Shown one piece after another: positions 23,301-30,974 of a stretch of 64,000 nucleotides of DNA (the first letter of the stretch is position 1; every line of letters starts with the position of its first letter). Under the pieces are notes generated by a model. The model ran no database searches. It was not told the origin of the DNA and was given only the letters and a program-made list of their open reading frames with translations. The DNA is taken from the NCBI GenBank assembly GCA_963751345.1, contig CAVVUS010000022.1, positions 32,001 through 96,000 of the forward strand, given 5' to 3'. A program made the translations under genes and the position numbers. Source of the stretch: an uncultured Chloroflexia bacterium. GTDB lineage: Bacteria > Chloroflexota > Anaerolineae > B4-G1 > SLSP01.

Positions 23301-23904
23301 GGGCGTTCTGCAGCGCGGTCGCAATCTGACCGGAAAGTGTGAAGAGGACATCCTGTATGGCCTGACTGAAAGCTCCAACTTCGTCATCCTGGACGTCGAA
23401 CACCCCCAGGACCTCGTCACCGACCACCATGGGGAGCGCAAGCTCGGACCGGGTGTCAGGAAGCAGCGGGTTGGGAAGAAAGCCCGGATTTCCGGTCACG
23501 TCGTTCACGACGACCGGCGCCCGCGTGCGAGCAGCACGCGCCACGAGGCTCTGCTCGGCGTCAAGCGAGATCTTATGTCCGCGCGCCAGCATCTGGCGAC
23601 CCGGCTCGCCATATCCGGACCGCAGCCGGAGCTCACAGCGCTCGTGGTCGAGCGTGTAGACGTGAACGTAGTAGACGCCAAACCCCTCCTTGAGCAGCGG
23701 GATCACAGTTGCGAGTAGTTGCTCGGGATCAAGGATCGCGCTGACCCGGCCCGAGATCTCCGAGGCGGTTCTCAGCAGGCTGGCCAGGGAAGGCACCGAC
23801 CCTTCAGTCGACTTCAAAGCAGCGTCGCCAGGATGAGCAGCGCCATGGAATGCACCGGACGTGACCGTTGACGAAACGGCAGGACGATGACATCTCCGTC
23901 GCAT
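20356..23904 (-). CDS. Cytoplasmic sensor histidine kinase GAF-PAS-GAF-PAS-PAS-GAF-HisKA-HATPase; start approximate
   Basis: Three GAF copies (SLVA.AA...VNDV...F.PN.LLP.TRSE.A.P...GVFDVQ) and three PAS/PAC ending in REISERK, RDITERK, RDITDRK. H-box FLANMSHELRTPL, N-box NLVSNAIKF, G-boxes DTGVG and GTGLGL. No TM segment. Confidence 0.95.
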   Translation of the reverse strand: MRRRCHRPAVSSTVTSGAFHGAAHPGDAALKSTEGSVPSLASLLRTASEISGRVSAILDPEQLLATVIPLLKEGFGVYYVHVYTLDHERCELRLRSGYGEPGRQMLARGHKISLDAEQSLVARAARTRAPVVVNDVTGNPGFLPNPLLPDTRSELALPMVVGDEVLGVFDVQDDEVGAFSQAIQDVLFTLSGQIATALQNARYVERLSLTQFSVDGAPAAILWIRPDGSLYSANDTACQLLGYTKQELLSLPAISRLDPNMIPSVWAVHWQKVKAERRFTIDTEYRAKTGKLVPMEVTANYLKYGDQEFNCVFAREISERKQAEKEREHFTVQLRTAAEISEQVGAILDPDKLLDAVIPLLKERFALYHAHVYLVDGDDLVLRAGYGRIGRIMVQQNHRISLHHPHSLVARAANTREPVLVNDVSADPDFLPNMLLPRTRSEVAVPITIGDQVLGVFDVQSDQLGYFTPADLDVFRTLSGQLANALYSAMLFARQTEMQENLRSAVQTVRAIFDAMTEGIMVTDMMGRITDLNEAALRLHGYDAREELLGRSAMELVTKSGWSRLAENMYQALESGQGRIEEYTMLRKDGSSFDAERSSALLWDPVGEPLGVVSITRDITERKRARREIARFQALAENAVDAIMMVDFAGQIIYANPACLRLFGDDASPSTLVRTSITALWPEEEVVKLIEQVLPAAGAGGWQGEVAQTRLDGTRFEASLTFFSVRGEKDEPISVATIVRDITDRKKAEADLRQFALQLRTAADVSTQVNAILDPTALLEAVVPLVQERFDLYHLHVYTLDPGSRRLIMRVGSGNAGRIMRERGHAIALDQRPSLVAEAARSKNVVLVNDVRAAPSFMPNPLLPETRSEVAIPMLVGDEVVGVFDVQDDTIGRFSESEVDVFSALAGQIAIALRNARYFEEVQAVAERLREVDRLKSEFLANMSHELRTPLNSILGYAEVMLMGIDGELTPDMDEDVNAIFENGQQLLKLINDVLDLTKIEAGRMTLTKAPVAVLLMLEEAKSHCMGLLHKQPKPVTLSVSADDDVPVIMADPMRLSQILNNLVSNAIKFTEEGEVHLHARYDPQPDRVCIDISDTGVGISEENLAVLFERFRQVDGSSTRRAEGTGLGLAITKHLVAMHAGTLTVRSEVGRGSTFTVCLPVGDVDPERGEPAEDAVEKASV

Positions 23905-24001
23905 TGACTTCCTGCTCCCGAGTCATATCTCCGGCATCCTCCTGAGGGTTAGGGCAACAACAACCAGGGCTCCACTAACCGGCGCCACAACACCGCTAAC
24001 G

Positions 24002-24029
24002 ATTCTAAAACCATCCGTGGATTTGGCAA
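24002..24029 (-). promoter_or_regulatory. Putative sigma70 promoter for the kinase operon
   Basis: Minus strand TTGCCA-N16-TAGAAT. Confidence 0.45.
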
Positions 24030-24048
24030 AGCGTCCGAGGCGCCGCGG

Positions 24049-25134
24049 TCAGGGCGCCTGGAACACGAAGATGTACTCGTGCTTGAAGACATAGAAGCCC
24101 CCGGCAAGCGCACGATAGCGCCACAGCGCTTGCTGATCGCGTTTCGCCCGAGTTCTGTCCAGATTCTTGACGACGATGCTCTTGAGTGTGCACCCCTGGT
24201 CAAGCACGACCTGCATCGCCTGAAAACCCAACGGCACCCACGCGCTTCCCTGGTACTTGTCGCCAATCACCACGACGAGCACGTGCCCGGGCGCCAGCAC
24301 GTCCAGGGCACGAGCAACGACCGCGGAGAAGCGACTGAGGAAATCCTCCACCGTCGGTGCGCTGGAGAGATCCGCGCCTCCCCCGCCAAACCGGATAATA
24401 TCGTGGTAGGGAGGGTGCAGGATGACCAGGTGCGCTTTCTCGACGCTGCGCGCCGCCAGAGCAGCCTCCAGATCAAACGTGGCGCTATCGCCAACGGCAA
24501 TTTCGGTGCTGACATGGTGCGGGTTGGGCTCCTGTGCCACGACCTCGGCGGCGTGGGCTGCCACATCGGGGTTGAGTTCCACGCCGAACCCATTGCGCCC
24601 CAGACGCCGGCACTCGATAAGCGTAGTACCACTGCCCACAAAGGGATCGAGGACCCAATCGCCCGGCCGCGTGAAACGCAGCATCATCTGGTGTGGGATC
24701 TGCGGGATGAAATTGCCCCAGTACCAGGCCCCATGGGCACCGGAAGTATCCCGACGATTGACAATCCACAGACTGTCGGTCTGAATCTCGTCGTACTCCT
24801 GCCAACGATTGAGGTTGATATCGTTGAGCGCGCCGGTGCGTACCTCGTCGACGGCCCGCCGAAGACGAGCGAGGTAGTAGGTGGCTCGCCGCGCCGTGCG
24901 CGCCGCAAGGATCTGCTCCAGTTGGTCGAGCAACACGTCACGCCGGTACAACACAGAGTCAGCACTGACATCGGGCGGCGCCGACGGGTGCCAGGCCGGC
25001 GGTGCCTCGACGACAGGCGCGACCTCTACCACACGCCCAAATGCGACCACCAACTCCCGAAGAACCTGCAGCTCGGTGACCTCATCGCAGGCGTCGAACA
25101 AGCTTCTGTAGCTCGGATCTGGTGATCTGCACAT
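24049..25134 (-). CDS. Orphan N4/N6-type (TRM11-like) SAM-dependent DNA/RNA amino-methyltransferase
   Basis: GNFIPQIP, VLDPFVGSGTT (motif I), GVELN, ILHPPY (motif IV), KHEYIFVF. No adjacent endonuclease. Confidence 0.8.
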   Translation of the reverse strand: MCRSPDPSYRSLFDACDEVTELQVLRELVVAFGRVVEVAPVVEAPPAWHPSAPPDVSADSVLYRRDVLLDQLEQILAARTARRATYYLARLRRAVDEVRTGALNDINLNRWQEYDEIQTDSLWIVNRRDTSGAHGAWYWGNFIPQIPHQMMLRFTRPGDWVLDPFVGSGTTLIECRRLGRNGFGVELNPDVAAHAAEVVAQEPNPHHVSTEIAVGDSATFDLEAALAARSVEKAHLVILHPPYHDIIRFGGGGADLSSAPTVEDFLSRFSAVVARALDVLAPGHVLVVVIGDKYQGSAWVPLGFQAMQVVLDQGCTLKSIVVKNLDRTRAKRDQQALWRYRALAGGFYVFKHEYIFVFQAP

Positions 25135-25168
25135 AGGAGGTCTTGGGAGATCGGCTAACCATTCAAGT

Positions 25169-25196
25169 TTTATATCGCAGTTCCGGGTGGTGTCAA
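25169..25196 (-). promoter_or_regulatory. sigma70-type promoter for the methyltransferase
   Basis: Minus strand TTGACA-N16-TATAAA. Confidence 0.55.
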
Positions 25197-25380
25197 CCAA
25201 TGTATGATGGTGGGGAGACAGGGCGCGACGTTCCGGAGAGTCAACGTTCGAACTTCTTCTCACGGAAGTGGACAGAGCACGGGGCTGCGGTACACTGGTC
25301 GGCGCAGGTCAGGCTATGCCGACGCCGCGAGGCGTGTCGCCGTCCGGCGACCCAGCGGCGGGTAGAAAGGAACAACACGT

Positions 25381-27359
25381 ATGTCCAAACGTAAGGTGGC
25401 TCCGTATGGCTCGTGGGTCTTCTCCCGTTACATCGGACCTGATCGTTTCTCAGACGATTGGGCTGGGCGGTCCCCTGCTGGATGGTGCGGACCTCTATTG
25501 GTTGGAGAGCCGCCCCACGGAGGGCGGTCGCAACGTCGTCGTCAAGTACGGACCTGACGGTGGCAATGTGGACGTGAACCCCGCGCCGTTCAACGCTCGT
25601 ACCCGGGTTCACGAGTATGGTGGCGGGGCCGTGATCGTCAAGGACGGCGCACTCATCTTCTCGAACTACGCCGATCAGCGACTCTACCGCGCGGCGCCCG
25701 GAAGTACACCTCAACCGATCACGGCGGCTGGCTCTTTGCGCTATGCCGATGGCGTTGTGGACGAGGCACACGCCGGCGACGGCGGGCGCCTGATCTGTGT
25801 GCGCGAGGATCACGGCGAAGCTGCCCTGGCGTCCAACCACGGTGACGCGGTCAACACTATCGCCGCGGTGTCGCTGGCAGACGGTTCGCAGGAGGTTCTG
25901 GTTGCCGGTAATGACTTCTATGCCTCTCCGAGGCTGAGCCCGGACGGCGCGCAGCTCGCGTGGCTCACGTGGAACCATCCCAACATGCCGTGGGATGGAT
26001 GCGAACTGTGGGTCGCGGATGTCAATGCGACCGGGAGCTTGTTCAATGCCCGCCTCATCGCCGGGGGCGTGGAGGAGTCGATCTTCGGCCCGGTATGGTC
26101 GCCCGACGGCGTCCTCACCTTTATCTCCGACCGGACAGGTTGGTGGAACCTCTACCGTTGGGAGACGTCCGCCGATGGCGACCACCAAGTACGCGCGCTG
26201 GCAGAGATGGCGGCGGAGTTCGGACGGCCCCAGTGGGTCTTTGGGATCACGACTTATGCGTATGTATCGCCGTCCCGCCTGGTCTGCAGCTACACCCAGG
26301 AGGGTATCGACAGACTGGCCTACCTGGACGTGGCGAACGGCAGCCTCACGGAGATTGCGACCCCCTACACCAGCATCGGCGGCGTAGTGGCTGATGGGCG
26401 GCGGATCGCCTTCAAGGGAGGTGCGCCTACCTTGGTCGGCGCGATTGTGGAGATCGAGATCGCGACGGGCGAGATGAGCATCCTCAAGCGTGCCGCCACG
26501 CTGAACGTGGATCGTGGCTATCTCTCAGTGCCCGAATCCTTGACGTTCCCGTCGGGCGACGACCGGGAAGCCTACGGCCTGTTCTATCCGCCGGCAAACC
26601 AGGACTTCGAGGCACCCGAGGGCGAGAAACCGCCGCTTCTCGTCATCAGCCACGGCGGCCCGACCGGAGCCACGTCCAGTTCGCTCTCCCTTGGCATCCA
26701 GTTCTGGACCAGTCGCGGCTTCGCGGTCCTCGACGTGAACTACGGCGGCAGCACGGGCTACGGGCGAGCGTACCGCAATCTGCTTCGCGGACAGTGGGGC
26801 ATCGTAGACGTAGACGACTGCGTCAACGGCGCACTCTACCTTGTGCACCAGGGCAAGGTCGATGGGGAGCGCCTGGCCATTCGCGGGGGCAGTGCCGGTG
26901 GCTACACGACACTGAGCGCTCTGACCTTCCGCCACGTTTTCCATGCCGGAGCCAGCCACTACGGGGTCAGCGACCTCGAGGCCCTGGCCCGAGACACACA
27001 CAAGTTTGAGTCCCGCTATCTCGACCGGCTTATCGGCCCCTACCCCCAGCGGCTTGACCTCTACACCGAACGATCGCCTATCCATCATCTGGAGAGACCT
27101 CGGTACTCCCCTCATCTTCTTCCAGGGTCTGGAGGATAAGGTGGTCCCGCCGGCCCAAGCTACGACGATGGTGGAGGCACTGCGGCGCAAGGGTGTCCCG
27201 GTCGCGTACCTGGCGTTCGAGGGCGAGCAGCATGGTTTCCGGCGGGCCGAGAACATCAAGCGGGCGCTCGATGCGGAGCTCTACTTCTACGGGCGGATCT
27301 TCGGCTTCACTCCGGCTGACGCAATCGATCCCGTCGAGATTGACAACCTGGAGAGTTGA
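25381..27359 (+). CDS. S9 family (prolyl oligopeptidase/acylaminoacyl) peptidase, frameshifts near 25417 and 27090
   Basis: [32 protein letters not shown] (Ser), FQGLEDKVV (Asp), EQHGF (His). Confidence 0.92.
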
Positions 27360-27440
27360 CCGAGAGGGGTTGCCGCCTAGAATACGTATCTATCGTAGAC
27401 CCGACCTCCGGCCCGCAAACAGGATAACAAGGAGCAAGCT

Positions 27441-28466
27441 TTGAGCCACAACACCGCAGCCAACCCCGCGGAGGGGAATGCCCACGGCGCCCTGGATGAC
27501 ACGATGGGCGACGTCTTGATGTTCAGCGGATCGGCACACCCCATGCTGGCCAAATCGATCGCGAGCTACTTGGGGATTCGGGTAGGCCCTACCATCATCC
27601 GCAAATTCTCCAACGACGATTTCTACATCCAGCTCGGTACCAGTGTGCGGGGCAAGCAGGTTTTCATCGTCCAGCCCCTCTGCCCCCCCTGCAGCGACAA
27701 TCTGATGGAGCTCCTGCTGATGCTGGACATCGCGCGCAGCGGTGCCGCCAAGGATGTCTGCGCCATCATTCCCTACTACTCCTATGCCCGCTCCGACAAG
27801 AAGGATGCGCCACGCATCTCCATCGCAGCGCGGCTAGTGGCCGACCTGCTCGTTACGGCAGGCGCCACGCAGATCATCACCATGACGCTGCACTCGCCCC
27901 AGGTCCACGGCTTCTTCAGCGTGCCCACCGACCACCTGACGGCGCACTCCGTCTTCGTCGAGCACCTTGGGAAAAAGGACCTCAGCAACAGCGTCGTCGT
28001 GGCGCCGGACGTAGGTCACGCCAAACGCACCGGCAAGCTCGCGCAGGCACTCGACCTGCCGATGGCGGCTGGAGAGAAGACTCGCCTGAGTGATAACACC
28101 GTCGCCATCACGGGCGTCATGGGTGATATCAATGGCAAAGACGTGATCCTGCTCGATGATGAGATCGCCACAGCGGGCACAATCACGGAGATGGTGCGTC
28201 ACATGCAGGAGAAACACAACATCCGTCGCGTCACCGTCGCCGGCACCCATGGGCTCTTCACGGGACCGGCGGTCGAGCGTCTCAACGCCATTGATGCCAT
28301 CGACGAGATCATCATCACCGACACCGTGCCCCTGCCCGATAACCGCCGCCCCGAGCGCCTCGTAATACTCTCGGTGGCCCGTATCTTCGGCGAGGTGATC
28401 CGCTGCAACGTGCAAGGCAAGTCGGTGGGATCCCTGTTCGAGTTCTGGCCAACGTCCAATCCGTGA
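27441..28466 (+). CDS. prs: Ribose-phosphate pyrophosphokinase
   Basis: FSGSAHP, PYYSYARSDKK, LHSPQVHGFF, APDVG, LLDDEIATAGT, THGLF. Confidence 0.92.
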   Translation: MSHNTAANPAEGNAHGALDDTMGDVLMFSGSAHPMLAKSIASYLGIRVGPTIIRKFSNDDFYIQLGTSVRGKQVFIVQPLCPPCSDNLMELLLMLDIARSGAAKDVCAIIPYYSYARSDKKDAPRISIAARLVADLLVTAGATQIITMTLHSPQVHGFFSVPTDHLTAHSVFVEHLGKKDLSNSVVVAPDVGHAKRTGKLAQALDLPMAAGEKTRLSDNTVAITGVMGDINGKDVILLDDEIATAGTITEMVRHMQEKHNIRRVTVAGTHGLFTGPAVERLNAIDAIDEIIITDTVPLPDNRRPERLVILSVARIFGEVIRCNVQGKSVGSLFEFWPTSNP

Positions 28467-28498
28467 GGCCGGGCGCCAGCGATCCAAGGAGGAGAGAG

Positions 28499-29050
28499 AT
28501 GACGGAGTCTCCAGATCTCAACGAGCAACCGGGCAGTGTGGGGCCTGGCGATGGCGGTTCCAACGAAGCAGGCGATCTTGACGAAGAGCACATAGGCGGG
28601 TGGCGCGCGTTCGCCACGCTGTCAGAGTTTCTTCGTGACGACGGCTGGCACCCCCAACAGCTCGACGACAAGACCATCTTTCGAGTCTACTTCTCCGGGG
28701 AGCACGGAGACGTGCGCTGCTATGCCCAGATTCGGGTCGATCTGGAGCAGTTTCTCTTCTACGTCATCGCCCCGGTGAAGGCGCCTGACGCGGTCCTCTC
28801 CGCCGTGGTGGAGTACACCACCCGCGCCAACTATGGACTGCGCATCGGCTGCTTCGAGGTCGACTACACCGATGGCGAAGTGCGCTACAGGAGCAGCCTG
28901 GACTTTGAGAACGAGACCCTGACACCGGGGCTGATCCGCAACGCGATCTACCCGGCAGTCCACACCATGGACTTCTACCTGCCGGGTCTGCTCGCCGTGA
29001 TGTATGGCAACAAGACGCCGAAAGAGGCTATCACCGAAATCGAGGGATAA
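28499..29050 (+). CDS. YbjN domain-containing protein
   Basis: AGGAGG RBS. EYTTRANYGLRIGCFEVDYTDGEVRYR signature. Confidence 0.8.
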   Translation: MTESPDLNEQPGSVGPGDGGSNEAGDLDEEHIGGWRAFATLSEFLRDDGWHPQQLDDKTIFRVYFSGEHGDVRCYAQIRVDLEQFLFYVIAPVKAPDAVLSAVVEYTTRANYGLRIGCFEVDYTDGEVRYRSSLDFENETLTPGLIRNAIYPAVHTMDFYLPGLLAVMYGNKTPKEAITEIEG

Positions 29051-29085
29051 CTCCGGCACCATCCCGTCGAAGGAGGAATGAGATC

Positions 29086-29865
29086 GTGACCCAATTCAAG
29101 ATCGCGACGTTTAACGCCAACTCCATCCGTGTGCGGCTGGACCAGATTCTTCGGTGGATGAAGGACAACGACGCGGACGTGGTCTGCGTCCAGGAGACCA
29201 AGGTTCAGGACCAGGATTTCCCCAAGGACGCGATCGAGGATGCCGGATACAGCGTCGTCTTCTCCGGGCAGAAGTCTCACGCCGGCGTGGCCACCATCAG
29301 TCGGGAGGCCCCGGCAGAGACTCAAGCCGGATTCGACGATGGGTCGGAGGCCACGCGCCTGCTCTACACGCAGATTGCCGGGCTGCACATCCTCAATTCC
29401 TACGTGCCTCAGGGGCGTGAGCCGGACAATGATGAGTTTCGGCACAAGCTAGCCTGGTTCGACCAGTTCAAGACCTGGCTCGCCGGACACTACACGCCGG
29501 ACGACCGCGTGATCTGGCTGGGCGACCTGAACGTGGCCCCGAAGGACATCGACATCTACGACCCGGCGGGCCACGTGAACCACGTCGATTTTCATCCGGA
29601 TGCCAAGGCAGCGCTGGAGCGGGTGCGTGAGTGGGGGTTCATCGACGTCTTCCGCAAATACCACCCCGACGAGCCCAACCAGTACACCTATTTCGATTAT
29701 CGAGCGAGGAACCCCATCGCGCGCAACGTCGGATGGCGCATCGACCACATCTGGGTCACGGAGCCGCTGGCCGAGACCGCGACCGGTTCCCACATCGATG
29801 TCGAGGCCCGCAAGGCCGACCGCCCGTCGGACCACACCTTCCTCGTGGCAACATTCGACCTGTAG
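29086..29865 (+). CDS. xth: Exodeoxyribonuclease III
   Basis: KIATFNANSIR, VQETK, YVPQG, GDLNVA, GWRIDH, SDH. Confidence 0.95.
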   Translation: MTQFKIATFNANSIRVRLDQILRWMKDNDADVVCVQETKVQDQDFPKDAIEDAGYSVVFSGQKSHAGVATISREAPAETQAGFDDGSEATRLLYTQIAGLHILNSYVPQGREPDNDEFRHKLAWFDQFKTWLAGHYTPDDRVIWLGDLNVAPKDIDIYDPAGHVNHVDFHPDAKAALERVREWGFIDVFRKYHPDEPNQYTYFDYRARNPIARNVGWRIDHIWVTEPLAETATGSHIDVEARKADRPSDHTFLVATFDL

Positions 29866-29911
29866 TATCCGCGCTCAGGTTTGTGGGTGCCGCTTCAGCG
29901 ATGCCGGGCGA

Positions 29912-30529
29912 TCACTGCACCCGCAGTAGATCGGCGACCCACGCGATCCCCATATGCCCGGCCCACGCCGCAACACAGGCCTTGATCGTCTTTCCGGCCC
30001 ACGTCGCCAGCATGAACCGCCACAGCGGATACCCCACGAGCCCGCCCGCCATCGCCGCGAGATCGAAGAAGGGCACGGGAAAGAGTGAGAGCACAAAGAT
30101 CGTCAGGTCGCCGTTGCGCTCCATGTAGCGCTTCAGCCTGATGTAGAGCTTGTGCTGTTCCACGGCGCCCTCCACCGCGTAGCCTGCGACATAACCCGTG
30201 ATCTCACCAAGCGCGTCGCCAAGACCTGCCGAGAGTCCCGCCAGCCACGGGTTCAGCACCGAGCCCATCGTAAAGGTGAAAGCGAGGTGCGGGATGGGAA
30301 GCAGGACCGTCGAGCTCCCGATCAGGGCCATCAGGAAAACCCCGCCATAGCCAAGGGTCCTGAACCAGCCGACGCTCAGCCGATCGTGCCAGATTACTGC
30401 CGCGACTATGACGGCGACCAGGAAGACGATGAGCCCGACTTTGACAGGAGTGCGCTGCGGAGTCCGCGGCTGCTCGCGACTGGGAGCAGAATTCGGTGCG
30501 GCAACGACCGACCGTTCCGGGCCCGTCAC
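29912..30529 (-). CDS. VTT/DedA (SNARE-associated) membrane protein
   Basis: Hydrophobic. GDALGEITGYVAG, P.PFFDLAAMAGG, FMLATWAGK. Confidence 0.85.
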   Translation of the reverse strand: MTGPERSVVAAPNSAPSREQPRTPQRTPVKVGLIVFLVAVIVAAVIWHDRLSVGWFRTLGYGGVFLMALIGSSTVLLPIPHLAFTFTMGSVLNPWLAGLSAGLGDALGEITGYVAGYAVEGAVEQHKLYIRLKRYMERNGDLTIFVLSLFPVPFFDLAAMAGGLVGYPLWRFMLATWAGKTIKACVAAWAGHMGIAWVADLLRVQ

Positions 30530-30974
30530 TCACACCGACCGTAGGCAACTGCGATTTGCGGCTGCGGGTCGTCAAGTAAGAGGAACACTCCACCGATGAT
30601 ATCACACAACCGCGCAGTGACCAGAAGCCAGATGCCTGGGAGGGCTCACCTGAGCAGGGAATCACCGCCCTGCGTGACTTCTCTCGTATCCGCTCGACGA
30701 GGGCCTCGTCCTCGAGCCCCTCACCGACGGCCGAGATGTGGGAGGCATCGAACTCCGCCTGGCCCAACGCAGCCTCTAGCGGACATGCACCGGTGCGGTA
30801 GTCGAGGATGGAACGAATGCCGTGATAGCCCATCGAATGGCCAGCGCGCCCTTGCTTTTGGCCGGTTGTGCTAGAATCTTCCTCGGTTTGTTGCCGCGCC
30901 TACCATCAACCGTATGCCAAGAATACGACAGCCGGCTCTTGCGTCCCAGATGCTGCTCTACGGAGAAGACCGAC

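Noticed and set aside
27441-28466. Prs with variant motifs (YARSDKK, DDEIAT)
   Set aside because: Within plausible family variation, and the catalytic elements look intact.
30530-30974. 445-bp gap containing a protein-like minus-strand frame (MGYHGIRSILDYRTG...)
   Set aside because: No recognisable family, RBS or RNA motif. It may be a gene remnant, but I cannot support a call.
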